A model generated the notes under the pieces. It was not told the origin of the DNA, made no database searches, and worked only from the letters and a program-made list of their open reading frames with translations. A program made the position numbers and the translations under genes. A stretch of DNA of 63,136 nucleotides, the filler included, from Candidatus Fermentibacterota bacterium (lineage in GTDB: Bacteria; JAFGKV01): the NCBI GenBank assembly GCA_016928395.1. It is 8 parts of 8 records of this genome, joined end to end, with 100 filler letters (N's around TTAATTAATTAA, not from the genome) between each part and the next. Parts side by side here need not be neighbours in the genome. Positions count along the whole stretch, not along the records: positions 1 to 25,040 come from JAFGKV010000342.1; positions 25,141 to 28,376 come from JAFGKV010000056.1; 6 more parts are not named here. One strand, given 5' to 3'. Positions 18,263 to 27,931 of the stretch are shown in pieces (the first letter of the stretch is position 1; every line of letters starts with the position of its first letter).

Positions 18263-19363
18263 TTACTTCCACCCCGCCAAGCCAATGGCGACCGTATACC
18301 CGGGGCCGAAACCTGCTATCTTCTCATGCGGTAGTGCCTCCGATACCGGGATTCGGGCCGTCGGGTCGCCGATATCCACCTGAGTCTCGAGTTCGCGCGA
18401 TAGAAACAGCCTCAAGCCACGAAGCATGGCGGTTCCTCCTGAGAGAATGACCCGCTCAACGCTGCGATCGTACATCTGGTGTTCATAGTAGCTAAAGGAT
18501 CTGCGGATCTCCCGGGCGATGTCTTGCAGGACTGGAAACATCGCTTCGCCCACCTCGGGATTGCGATCCTCCTCGCCCAGCTCCGCGGCTTCGGCTTCTG
18601 AGAGAACCCCATGCTGCGTCTTCAGCGCTTCCGCCAAGGCGAAACCGACGCCGAATCGATCCTCGATGGCCTTGGTCAGGTGACTTCCGCCGATGCTGAA
18701 GTCACGGTGGAAGTAGCTGATGCCATTGCGGACGATGTTGATGCTGGTCACTTTGGCGCCCATGTTCACCAAGGCGAGATTCTCGTTGGAGGTGTCCTCC
18801 TCCGTCAGGAAGCATGAAAGGGCCGAGAAGGCGTCGACGTCGACGGCGGCCACCTCATAGCCGGCGCGGGCCACCAGATCCACCCGGCGCTGCACCTCCT
18901 CGCGGCGGACCGCCACGAGGAGCACCTTCATCGTCTCATCCTCGCCACCCTGGCCGGACTCCAGAATCTGGGAGTCCATCACCACCGAGGCGCGGTCAAA
19001 GGGCAGAAGCTGCTCGGCCTGTACGCTCACTGCGTCGTGCAACTCCCGCTCGGTCATCTTGGGCATCTGGATGAACCGGACGGTCACTGCCTGGCCGGAT
19101 ACGCCGATGACGCACTTGCCCGCCTTCTTGATACCGCTGTCGGCCATAGCGCGGTGGATGGCGTCAATCACCAACGCATCATCGGGCTCTGCCTTGGTTT
19201 GGTCGGTCCCCGGGGGATACAGCTCGGCCATGCCCAAGTGCGCCAGCTCCAACGGAACGCTCCCCATGGAGATCCGGAAGCTGGAGTGCCTCGAGGGAAC
19301 CAGTGCCGCCACCTTGACGGCGAAGCTGCCGATGTCTAGACCTGTGTAGAGCTTGATACCCAT
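18263..19363 (-). CDS. pilM: Type IV pilus assembly protein PilM (actin-like)
   Basis: GLDIGSFAVK, VLLVAV, VDVDAFS, VNMGAKVT, EIRRSFSYY, ILSGG, AIGLA. Confidence 0.93.
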   Translation of the reverse strand: MGIKLYTGLDIGSFAVKVAALVPSRHSSFRISMGSVPLELAHLGMAELYPPGTDQTKAEPDDALVIDAIHRAMADSGIKKAGKCVIGVSGQAVTVRFIQMPKMTERELHDAVSVQAEQLLPFDRASVVMDSQILESGQGGEDETMKVLLVAVRREEVQRRVDLVARAGYEVAAVDVDAFSALSCFLTEEDTSNENLALVNMGAKVTSINIVRNGISYFHRDFSIGGSHLTKAIEDRFGVGFALAEALKTQHGVLSEAEAAELGEEDRNPEVGEAMFPVLQDIAREIRRSFSYYEHQMYDRSVERVILSGGTAMLRGLRLFLSRELETQVDIGDPTARIPVSEALPHEKIAGFGPGYTVAIGLAGWK

Positions 19364-19416
19364 CGCATCACTCCATTGTCCACACTTCGTCCGCGGCTAT
19401 ATAGAATCCGCGAGCG

Positions 19417-19446
19417 AACGTAGGGAGGCGACAGCCTCCATGTCAA
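19417..19446 (-). promoter_or_regulatory. Sigma70-type promoter for pilM with a dyad filling the spacer
   Basis: Minus strand TTGACA-N18-TACGTT; spacer contains GGAGGC-TGTC-GCCTCC. Confidence 0.55.
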
Positions 19447-19640
19447 GCCCCTTTGCTGATATCCCCTGAAACGGCGAGGATTCGGGGTTCAGGGTTCGGG
19501 CCGGACTGCGGGCTCCGCTTTGCGCGCAGCTGTCAGTTCTCAGTCATCAGTAAGGCCTCTGGATGCGAGAGCACCCAGGTTTTTCGAGGTGGAGAGTACG
19601 GCCGGCAGTTGGCTATCGGCTGTCAGCTATCAGGCCCGCC

Positions 19641-19770
19641 CAGCGCTACGAGAAACCGTTGCCGTGGTAGGGGCGACCGTCTCTGGTCGCCCGCGGGAGG
19701 GCGGGGCTCGGAGTCGGTATCGAGAGGCGTACCTCCGAGTACGAGTGCGTGGATGTACTCTCGAACGAGT
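19641..19770 (+). repeat. Dispersed GTAG-REP-containing element, copy 1
   Basis: GTAG-GGGCGACC-GTCTCT-GGTCGCCC at 19667-19692 plus flanks shared with 19884-19963 and (inverted) 33552-33670. Confidence 0.85.
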
Positions 19771-19863
19771 TCCGCTTCTGAGGTGCGGGGCGCACTCGGG
19801 TCTCTCAAGGGTGAGAGTATGCGGGGCTTCCACGGGCGGGCAGTTGCTCCCGCACCGCTGGAT

Positions 19864-19963
19864 GCGGGACAGAGTCCCGGGCACAGCTCTGCGAGGAACC
19901 GCTGCCGTCGTAGGGGCGACCGCCCCTGGTCGCCCGCCGGGGCGGGGTTCGGGGTTGGTATCG
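19864..19963 (+). repeat. Dispersed GTAG-REP-containing element, copy 2
   Basis: GTAG-GGGCGACC-GCCCCT-GGTCGCCC at 19910-19935; about 80-bp imperfect direct repeat of copy 1. Confidence 0.8.
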
Positions 19964-20058
19964 CTCTCGTTGTCGTAATCGACAAACTGAGGCAGTCAAG
20001 CACGAGTACCTGTAACGTGTATGAACTCTGCATGTTCTCTCACGCAAGTTCGGCTCGG

Positions 20059-20086
20059 ACTGCCTACTGCCTACTGCCGACTGGCT
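20059..20086 (+). repeat. Heptamer tandem array (ACTGCCT-like x4)
   Basis: ACTGCCT ACTGCCT ACTGCCG ACTGGCT. Confidence 0.75.
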
Positions 20087-20136
20087 CTTCTCGCCTCCGT
20101 AGGCGTGCGACGCTGTACCCGCCCGAGTCGGCAAGC

Positions 20137-21879
20137 CTACGGCCACACGACCACGGATTCGGTAAGATGCCCCCCTGCCCGGGGCGAGACCACCAGGCAG
20201 TAGGCGCCGGCGCGGACATTGTCGGGCAGGCGCAATTCGGCGGCGCCCCGATCCTTCAAACGCCAGGCCGCGGACCGGCGGCCCGCCATGTCCACCAAAG
20301 ATACCTGTGCCCCCTCGGCGCAGACCGCCTCGGGTACCCGAAGGAAAAGACGGCCGGAGGCCGGATTGGGAGCGATGCCCAGGCGCAAGGCGTCGCCTAC
20401 CGAAGACTGCGCCTTGGCGGCCAGCATCCAGTCCACGCAGGCCCCCGCGGCCAAGACCTGCTCGTCATACACGATAAGTTGGCCGAACTCGAACCCCGCG
20501 GCGATAGTCTGATACGACGGTGTTCGATATGTCCCCATGGCTCCGAAGTTGTGAGCCTCATCGTAGGTCAAGACAAGGCTGGCATTCGGCATCGTGGGGT
20601 TGGGGGCCAACACGTCGGGAAGCACGGCGTTGGTTGCCATCGCCTGGCTGAACCCCAACGCATTCCCAGGAACCGGGAACAAAGTCGGCATGTCCGCCGT
20701 GATCTGACCACCGCTGACCATGCCCAGGTAGTCCATGAACTCGGGCACCACCGCCCCGGTCTCGGTGAGATGCACCCACTCGTCGCCGGCCATGAGTAAC
20801 CCGCGTCTGAGCCCCGGCGCAGGCTGGTCGAGGAAACGCATCATGGCGAACTGCGCACTCAGCGCCGGATAAGCCCCGGCTTCGGCAAAGCACACGACGC
20901 GCCACGCATCAAGGCCGTAGAGATTGGCAAAGGCCCCGTCAATCAATCGGTTCCAGCTGTCATACTGCTCGCCCCGGGCTTCCAGTACCGAGGCGAACAG
21001 GGCCGAATCCGCCGGATCGGTGAAGTTGAGCAGAGTCGTAGCGGGAGAGGGGAACCAGTCTATGACGTGAAGCGGCGCGATCTCCAGCGTGTCATTGGTG
21101 CCGACGGCATCGCCGGGGGCCGATACGACCGCGATAAGGCCGTGGTCGCCCACGGCGGAAAACAGAGATCCCGGCACGGTGAATGACACCGCTAGGCTGT
21201 CACCCGGGGCAATGCCCGAAGGGATTGATGCCTGGCTGCCGCCCTGGCCCGTGGTGAAACGAAGCGTCGCCGCCGGAGACGATTGGTTTCCCAGATTACG
21301 GAGGACCAGCCGTGCCACCAGGTCGGCACCCTGGCGGACATAGTCACCCGAACTGGGGCCCCGAGCACCAAGGATCGTCATGTCCACCGGCACCTGGGCA
21401 TGGATCCGCACATCGTCCACATCCCATTGGTAGTCATTGGAGGCCAGATACCGCCAGCAGAACCGCACATTGGCGTGGCCGTTCGCCTGGGGCACCGCCA
21501 CCTCCGGCTCGCCGGCCTGGTCGGTGCCATACTCAATCACGGTAACCCAGGTCGCCCCGCCATCGGTGCTGACCCTGAGCTGCCCGACACCGTTGCCCAG
21601 CGTACGGAACCACTGCCAGAACTGCACGCTGACGCCCTGGCTGCCCGACAGATCAAACACCGGGCTGATGAGCCACTCATCCTGGTCGCCGCCATCGCCG
21701 AATCGAACCCGCATATGCCAATCCTGGGGATTGCCGCCGAAGCCCCAGTCCGGCCCGGGCCCATACGACTCGATGGCCCATCCCGGAGGAAGATCCGGGT
21801 AGGCCTCGAAGCCGGTCTCATACACGACCACCGCCTGGGCAGCCACAACCAGCATCACGATCCAGAGGAAAACGCGCAT
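20137..21879 (-). CDS. Secreted protein: choice-of-anchor-J/MAM-like jelly-roll + CARDB-like Ig + T9SS-type-A-like C-terminal domain
   Basis: AAGGAG RBS, signal peptide, ETGFE..PPGW, DEWLISP, VSTDGGATW, WDVDDVRI, RNLG; C-terminus IAPNPAS...LVDMAGR...AGAYCL. Confidence 0.75.
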   Translation of the reverse strand: MRVFLWIVMLVVAAQAVVVYETGFEAYPDLPPGWAIESYGPGPDWGFGGNPQDWHMRVRFGDGGDQDEWLISPVFDLSGSQGVSVQFWQWFRTLGNGVGQLRVSTDGGATWVTVIEYGTDQAGEPEVAVPQANGHANVRFCWRYLASNDYQWDVDDVRIHAQVPVDMTILGARGPSSGDYVRQGADLVARLVLRNLGNQSSPAATLRFTTGQGGSQASIPSGIAPGDSLAVSFTVPGSLFSAVGDHGLIAVVSAPGDAVGTNDTLEIAPLHVIDWFPSPATTLLNFTDPADSALFASVLEARGEQYDSWNRLIDGAFANLYGLDAWRVVCFAEAGAYPALSAQFAMMRFLDQPAPGLRRGLLMAGDEWVHLTETGAVVPEFMDYLGMVSGGQITADMPTLFPVPGNALGFSQAMATNAVLPDVLAPNPTMPNASLVLTYDEAHNFGAMGTYRTPSYQTIAAGFEFGQLIVYDEQVLAAGACVDWMLAAKAQSSVGDALRLGIAPNPASGRLFLRVPEAVCAEGAQVSLVDMAGRRSAAWRLKDRGAAELRLPDNVRAGAYCLVVSPRAGGHLTESVVVWP

Positions 21880-21889
21880 GACACACTCC

Positions 21890-23710
21890 TTAAGGAAGGG
21901 CAAGATCGAACTCGCCTACCGCGGTCGAGGGTATACCTTCAACCCCGAAATCCACCGGAGCGACGCGGTAAAAATGGTTCACCGCCGGATTGCCGGCGGC
22001 GCCGATGTCCACGAAGGGAGAAGCCGCGACCTCCTGGTATACCACTCCGGGCAGGAATGTGCCCGTGGTGCCGCGATAGACGCGGAAGGTCGGGCAGACC
22101 CACGAGGCATCCGTGCCCCACGCCAGGGTCACATTGGCTCCGGATGCGCTGATGGCCACGGCGCCCATTCCCGTCGGCGGGGGGGGGCCCGAAAACCAGG
22201 CGAGGATCCGGCCCAGCAGGGCATCGCGTTCCCCATTGAACCGGAGTTCATCAAGCTGGAACCCAAGAAACACATGCTCGCGGGCCGGCGACGCATACTG
22301 GATGGCCACGGGGAACGGTGTCGGCTCCCACTGCCATGCATACAGCGTTTCGGCCTCCGCATCGGCGCCGATCTCATCGTCGAGGGTTTGACTCACCCGG
22401 ATCTGGTCTGTATCACCGCTGGTGCCGATATAGGCGCAGGGTGCGGCATAGTAGGTCTGGTTGCCGGTGGGGCTTACCTCGGAACCGTCGCAGAGAGCGT
22501 GAAGGTACGTGCGGAAGAACTCGTCCTTGATGACGTCAAAGTGATAGAAGTAGCCGATCTGGTTCCCGGAGAGCAGCAGGTACTTGGCGCCGCGAACGGC
22601 GTCGCCTTCGTCAAGATAGCGCATCAGCGCGATCTGCCCCGCGACGGTGGGGTAGTGCGCCGCCTGCTCCGCGAAAATCACCGTGTCCCATGCCTCCAGA
22701 CCGTAGAGGTTGCCAGAGGTCCGCGACCATGAGTCATACGCCACGGAGTTGGCTGCGAGAGCTGCCTGGTACTGGTCACGTTCGGTGGCGTCCTGCCAGC
22801 TCAAGAGCAGCGGCGCGGTGGCGGGAAACGACACGGGCGTGATTCCCGTGGCGGTTGTGGCATTGTTGGCCGGGTCGCCGTCGCCCGCAAGGGTCGTGGC
22901 CGCGGTCAAGGAAAAGGTGCCCGAGGCCGGCACGGTCCATAGGGTAGGGAAGCTCACCATGGTCAAACCATTGGCCGGCAGCAGCGCCACCGTGGTGGAA
23001 GAGGAATACCCCGCGGGGTCTGAGGTACAGGTCACCGGCACACCGGTCTCGTCATCCGAGGTGAAGTTGCATACCCGCGCCCAGATCCTGACCTGGGCGC
23101 CCGCCCGAACCTTGTCATTGGAGCTTGGGCCCATGAGGGAGTCGACACCCACATCGTGGCTGACCGTCGCCTCCAGGCGGAGATTGTCCAACTCCCAGTA
23201 GTATCGATACAGGGGATCCGGCGCCACGTAGCGCCAGCGGAAGCGAACCTGCGCTTCATTCGCCGCCTGCGGCACCATAACGGTGTCGGGGTTCATCGCC
23301 ACATTGGCGGTGCTGTAGGTCTTGAGCGTGGCCCAGCTAGACCCGTCGTCCGTCGAGACTTCGATGTAGCCGTAGCTCGTGGATACGGGCATGGTTTGGT
23401 AGATGGTCCACCACTTGAGCACCAGCCCGCCCGTGTACCCGGTGCAATCGATGGCCGGGGAGATCAGCCGCTCGTCCATCGGATCTTCCGAGTAGCGGCC
23501 GTCGGCCCGGGTCTTGTAGTTCGAGGAATTGCCGGCCAATGACCAGTCAGGCCCAGGAGCCTGGCTCCCGACCGCCCACCCCGGCGGGGGGAAGGCGCCG
23601 CCGTGCTCGAAATCCTCGTTCATCAACACGATTCTGGCGGAGTCGCCCCCGGCGAAGGCAGCCGGCGCCAGAGCCAGGGCCGCGCAGAGCATGGCGCTAA
23701 TCGGTGTCAC
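21890..23710 (-). CDS. Secreted paralogue of the previous protein with an FN3-like C-terminal domain
   Basis: Signal peptide, EDFE...PPPGW, DERLISP, VSTDDGSSW, WELDNLRL, YDSW..NLYGLEAW shared with the neighbour; ends FYRVAPVD...VGEFDLALP. Confidence 0.75.
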   Translation of the reverse strand: MTPISAMLCAALALAPAAFAGGDSARIVLMNEDFEHGGAFPPPGWAVGSQAPGPDWSLAGNSSNYKTRADGRYSEDPMDERLISPAIDCTGYTGGLVLKWWTIYQTMPVSTSYGYIEVSTDDGSSWATLKTYSTANVAMNPDTVMVPQAANEAQVRFRWRYVAPDPLYRYYWELDNLRLEATVSHDVGVDSLMGPSSNDKVRAGAQVRIWARVCNFTSDDETGVPVTCTSDPAGYSSSTTVALLPANGLTMVSFPTLWTVPASGTFSLTAATTLAGDGDPANNATTATGITPVSFPATAPLLLSWQDATERDQYQAALAANSVAYDSWSRTSGNLYGLEAWDTVIFAEQAAHYPTVAGQIALMRYLDEGDAVRGAKYLLLSGNQIGYFYHFDVIKDEFFRTYLHALCDGSEVSPTGNQTYYAAPCAYIGTSGDTDQIRVSQTLDDEIGADAEAETLYAWQWEPTPFPVAIQYASPAREHVFLGFQLDELRFNGERDALLGRILAWFSGPPPPTGMGAVAISASGANVTLAWGTDASWVCPTFRVYRGTTGTFLPGVVYQEVAASPFVDIGAAGNPAVNHFYRVAPVDFGVEGIPSTAVGEFDLALP

Positions 23711-23740
23711 ACACCCTCCTTCAGCGGTAGGCCGGGCGTC

Positions 23741-24334
23741 TCAGCCGCGGCCGATGCGCTCATGTATGAGGTATCCCAATGCCCCCACGAGCACCAACAG
23801 GATCAACTGCAGACCGATGCCGCCGCCCCGGGCACGGGTGCCGGCAGGCGGCGCCTCCCCGATGGGGGGTTCCTCGACCTCCCTGAGAAAATCGTCTCCG
23901 GGGAGTTCGTCGGGAATGTCGCCTCCAAATGTGTATGCCGTTGCCACCTGGAAGGGATTGTGCGCACTCCCCGCCGCGGTTCTGCCCCTGCCGGCCCGGG
24001 CCTCGATGTAGTATTCCACGCCCAGATCGCCCACAACCCTGGCCGGCACCTCGGCCCAGTAGCGATCCCACGATGTCGGTTCCATCAGCCGGGGGTAGAA
24101 ACCGCCGGGATCGCCAAGCTGCCGGAACAAAAGAATGACGAGCAGCGACTCGGGAAGGGGGCTCTCCACCGCAACGGTAATCTCCAGCGGCGCATAGGGG
24201 GCGCAGCTATAGGGCGCCGTATGGCGTATCACGAAGGCCGCGGAGTCGGCATCAACCGGCTCATCCGGGGGAGGTTCATTGATGGCGCCGGCCACCATGG
24301 GCACAAGAATGAGGAAGGCACCGACGGCTCTCAT
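23741..24334 (-). CDS. Hypothetical exported protein with C-terminal membrane anchor
   Basis: Signal-like N-terminus from ATG 24334, Ig-like IRHTAP...VEYYIEA, C-terminal TM LQLILLVLVGALGYLI. Confidence 0.6.
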   Translation of the reverse strand: MRAVGAFLILVPMVAGAINEPPPDEPVDADSAAFVIRHTAPYSCAPYAPLEITVAVESPLPESLLVILLFRQLGDPGGFYPRLMEPTSWDRYWAEVPARVVGDLGVEYYIEARAGRGRTAAGSAHNPFQVATAYTFGGDIPDELPGDDFLREVEEPPIGEAPPAGTRARGGGIGLQLILLVLVGALGYLIHERIGRG

Positions 24335-24466
24335 GCGCAGCTCCCTGAGCGGGTGGAAACCATGCCGGCCGGCTAAAGTAGCCATGGATTCCCGCGGGGT
24401 CAATCGCATGCCCGGCATGAGGGGCCCCTCATGCCGGGCGGTGCACCCGGTATAGGACGGTATGGT

Positions 24467-25040
24467 CTAGTAGATCTCCCGCCACGAGGAATCCATCTGG
24501 GCGACATTCCACACGGGCCGATTGCCCTGCTCCGACACCATCTCCGGGAAACATGGCGGCGGCGTCCCCTTCTCGCATGCCCGGCCGTCATACCAGATAT
24601 CGGTGCCGTAGCCATGCAGGAAGTCAGAGGTCTCTGTCGGGCCGATACACCCGAATCCGACGCCGCCCATGAGGAGGAGAATGCCCTCCCGGGCCCGCGT
24701 GGAGAAATTGACTACCTCCCACGTGCCTTCTCGATAGGGAACGAGCACAAAGGCGCAGAGCTGCCGGTCGCCGTCAATGCCGGTGGGGTATCCCGGGATG
24801 AGATCGGGTATCTTCATCTTGCCCCTGAGGCCCTGGGCCTGCTCCGCGGGGATGAGGCCCATGATATCATCGCTGGGGCCGAACCGGGGATCATGGGCCG
24901 GCATGAGATCGCCGATGAGAACGATATGGCGCTGGCTTATGAGCAGCCAATTCCCCGCATAGGTGCCTTGCACGATGATGTCAGGGCTCACATTGGCGGG
25001 GCCGCGCACCCGGATGGCCGTACCATTGAGGAACACGCCG
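24467..25040 (-). CDS. C-terminal fragment of a PilX/DUF4900-like protein (5' end lost in gap)
   Basis: Open to the contig edge; ends GYGTDIWYDGR...PPPCFP...SSWREIY, a terminus typical of PilX-like proteins. Confidence 0.5.
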
Positions 25041-25140
25041 NNNNNNNNNNNNNNNNNNNNNNNNNNNNNNNNNNNNNNNNNNNNTTAATTAATTAANNNN
25101 NNNNNNNNNNNNNNNNNNNNNNNNNNNNNNNNNNNNNNNN
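25041..25140. other. Artificial contig spacer
   Basis: N-run with TTAATTAATTAA (stops in all six frames). Confidence 0.99.
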
Positions 25141-25781
25141 CAACTGTGGCCGATGACGTCTGCCCGCGAAAGGCCCGTGAGCCGTTCGGCCTCAGAGTTG
25201 AACAGAAAGAATCGAGCCTCGGCATCCATGGCGACCAGCCCCAGCGACGATCGATCGATCCGCTGGGCCGATCGCTTTCGCCGTTCGCGAAGGGCCTCCA
25301 ACATGCCATCTCGGATCAGTGAATCGATGCGCGTCGCGATCTGGTCACGAATCTCTCGGAATTGGCCTACGGTACCCCGCGCCAGGGATCCGGCCGTGGG
25401 GTCGGCAATATCCCAGTGCATGTGGAGAGGGGCCAGCAGGCCGACGATGGTAGCGGCAGGGTCTTCCGGAGGGCTGCCGTTGCCGGCCGGAACCACCGGC
25501 TTCACGGCAACTCGCTCCCTGCCCAAGGGCCCAAATGTCACCACCAGGTCGAAGGTGAACATCGACAGGTCATCGATGGCGTCGGGCCGGTGATCGTCGG
25601 CGTCAATGGAAATCTCACGCAAGACCTGGAGCGATAGAGGGTGGGGCCCTTCTCCCGCGACGACCGCGCTGCGCGCCAACGCTGCTCCGTGTGTCTTTGC
25701 GGAGAACACTCGCTCTGCGATGAGGCTGCGAGCGGCGATCCGCTCTCCCACGAACAGCACATGCGGCGTATCTTCTATCAC
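25141..25781 (-). CDS. N-terminal part of a sensor/regulator: degenerate LMW-PTP/ArsC-like domain followed by a PAS domain (truncated by gap)
   Basis: GGAGG RBS then GTG 25781; VLFVGERIAARSLIAE, FDLVVTF, HWDIADP, FREIRDQI; then GLVAMDAEARFFLFNSEAERLTGLSRADVIG. Confidence 0.7.
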
Positions 25782-26530
25782 ATTCACACCTCCGCTGATC
25801 ACCGGAATGAACGGCAACGAGCGCCTTGAGGCAACTACGCATTGGGCCGGCAAATCCATGAAGCACGTCCCGCCACAGACAGATGAGGCTCTCGCATGAC
25901 TCCTGCGGACGACACGGAGGCCGCCTCTGGCTTCCCGGCATGCGGGCCGTTTGATGAGTCTTATGGAGGGTCGGGCTTGGTCCCGCACCAGCGGATGCAA
26001 AGCCTCGTCCCGACCGCCTGAAGGAACGGGTTTGCGAAAGGGCCCAGATGATCACAGGCCGGCCCCCGACGCCGGACCCGATGCGGGTATCCCCAGGCCG
26101 ATAACTCGGCGGCCCGCAACCTAGTTGGCCTGGCGTAGGGTTGCATCCATATTGCGGCCTTTAGGACATCCCATGGGTCGCTTCCCACGGCACATCATCG
26201 AAGGAGGCTTGCATGAGTGCGGAGCCGGTTCCGCATGCCTACCGAACGGAATGCGGCAGTGTGGGAAAGTTCCAGGTACCACGCACGGCACTCTATGGGG
26301 CAGTGACCGCGAGAGTGGTGCAAGATTTCCCCAACTCGGGCATGAGAATGCCCCGCGATACGCTTCGTGCGCTGGGTCTCGGCACAGCCGCGGGGGCCAG
26401 GGTCAACGATGACCTCGGCCTTCTGGGCAATGATCGGGTGAGGGCCCATTGACACGGCGCGGGTTCCGGAGGGCAACCCAATGAATGGTGACGAGATGGA
26501 GCGACTCGCGAGTGCATTTGTCCTTCAGGG

Positions 26531-27931
26531 ATGGGGCCCCAGCCTGGGGTCCTAGTCATAGGGCGCTCCGTGAGGATCTCCCTGAAGCGCTGGGCGGCCC
26601 TCATTGCTGCCCTCGCCTTGGTGGGGGCCTATGGAGCGCGACGCCGTTGCACGGGCAGTACCGAGGAGGCAGGGGGCCTGCGGCCGGGAGCGCAGGTCGG
26701 TGGCCTGGGCATTGAGATCCTTGCGGGTGCAGGGCAGTTCATGTCGCGACTCGAGACGGATCTTCTCCAGAGCCGGCGCTACGCCGCGGTGCAGACGATG
26801 TCGTTCGAAGGTGATTCCGCGGGAAGACGGCTCGCGGTGGCCCTTGCCGCGTGCCCTGCGCCCCAGCGCCAGCTCCTGATCGATTCATACTCACGCTTTG
26901 TGGTGAGCGACAAGTTCCGGTTCTTCCCGAAGCACTGGAGCGACCGGGCGTTGAGGCAAGAGATCGATCGAACACGCGCAATGCTGGCTGACCTCGATGC
27001 GCGCGGAGTCTCGATGAGACTCACGAATCCCATGGATCCTCTGCTCCTGCGATTCATGGCTCGGAACCACAAGAAGATGGTGGTGATTGACGACAGGGTT
27101 GCCTATCTCGGCGGCATCAACTTCTGTGATCACAACTTCGAGTGGCGTGACATGATGATTCGGATCGAGAGCGGAGAGGTGGCGTCGTTTCTTCGGGATG
27201 ACTTCCTGGCGACATGGCGTGGAGAGAACCGTCGCGGGCAACGTGAGTTCGGAGGTGTCTGGCTTGCCTCTCTCGATGGCCGATGTAACGACCGCAGCCT
27301 GGCTCCCATCGTGCGCGCCATTGAGAACGCCCGGGAGAGCATCATCGTCCAGAGCGGCTACCTCACCTTCCCGTTCATTCGAACGCTGAAGGCCGCCCGC
27401 GCCAGGGGCATTCGGCTCGTGCTCCTTACCCCGGAGATGAACAATAAGCCCATTGTGAAGGATTACTTGCTGTGGGAGGCGACCCGAGCTGGGTTCGAGA
27501 TCATGCTGTACCCCGGCAGGATGAGCCATCTCAAGGCGATGCTCATCGATGATTCCGTTCTTGTTGCCGGTTCATCCAACTTCGACTACCTATCCTACAC
27601 GGTACAGCAAGAGCTGGTCGCCGTGGTGACCGATCCCGCTGCCATTGAGTGCTACAGGCAGCGTATCCTCGGTCCCGACCTCGCCCAGTCGATACCTTTT
27701 GCCGGTAGGGTTTCAGCCGCGGGAGGGTGGCCCAGATTTGCAGCCATGAGAACGGTAGCCGCAGTGTCGGTGGGGGTTATTCGGGTGCTCGATGCGTTGA
27801 CAGGCGTCCCGCTCCCGCAGCCGGGTCTTGAATGGTACGGGAAACCTCGACCCTTGGCAAAGAGCACCCAGCAAGGGATCGCGGCGGAGCCGACGCGCTA
27901 TGGTGTCTCAACCAGAGTGCAGGAGTGGTGA
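26531..27931 (+). CDS. Cardiolipin-synthase-like phospholipase D family protein
   Basis: Two HKD motifs: RNHKKMVVIDD..AYLGGIN and SHLKAMLIDD...GSSNFD. Start uncertain. Confidence 0.85.
   Translation: MGPQPGVLVIGRSVRISLKRWAALIAALALVGAYGARRRCTGSTEEAGGLRPGAQVGGLGIEILAGAGQFMSRLETDLLQSRRYAAVQTMSFEGDSAGRRLAVALAACPAPQRQLLIDSYSRFVVSDKFRFFPKHWSDRALRQEIDRTRAMLADLDARGVSMRLTNPMDPLLLRFMARNHKKMVVIDDRVAYLGGINFCDHNFEWRDMMIRIESGEVASFLRDDFLATWRGENRRGQREFGGVWLASLDGRCNDRSLAPIVRAIENARESIIVQSGYLTFPFIRTLKAARARGIRLVLLTPEMNNKPIVKDYLLWEATRAGFEIMLYPGRMSHLKAMLIDDSVLVAGSSNFDYLSYTVQQELVAVVTDPAAIECYRQRILGPDLAQSIPFAGRVSAAGGWPRFAAMRTVAAVSVGVIRVLDALTGVPLPQPGLEWYGKPRPLAKSTQQGIAAEPTRYGVSTRVQEW

Noticed and set aside
19641-19963. 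Possible CRISPR array from the direct repeats
   Set aside because: Only two local copies about 243 bp apart, degenerate, no regular spacers and no cas genes.
19453-20799. 448-aa plus-strand ORF and short ORFs sharing VVGATVSGRP
   Set aside because: They are translations of the REP-like DNA repeat and of the antisense strand of the 20137-21879 gene.
25084-25095. TTAATTAATTAA recurring seven times
   Set aside because: Always embedded in 100-nt N-runs; an artificial six-frame-stop contig linker, not a biological repeat or CRISPR.
26130-26146. Sigma54-like promoter TGGCGTAGGGTTGCA
   Set aside because: GG to GC spacing is 9 nt rather than the required 10.
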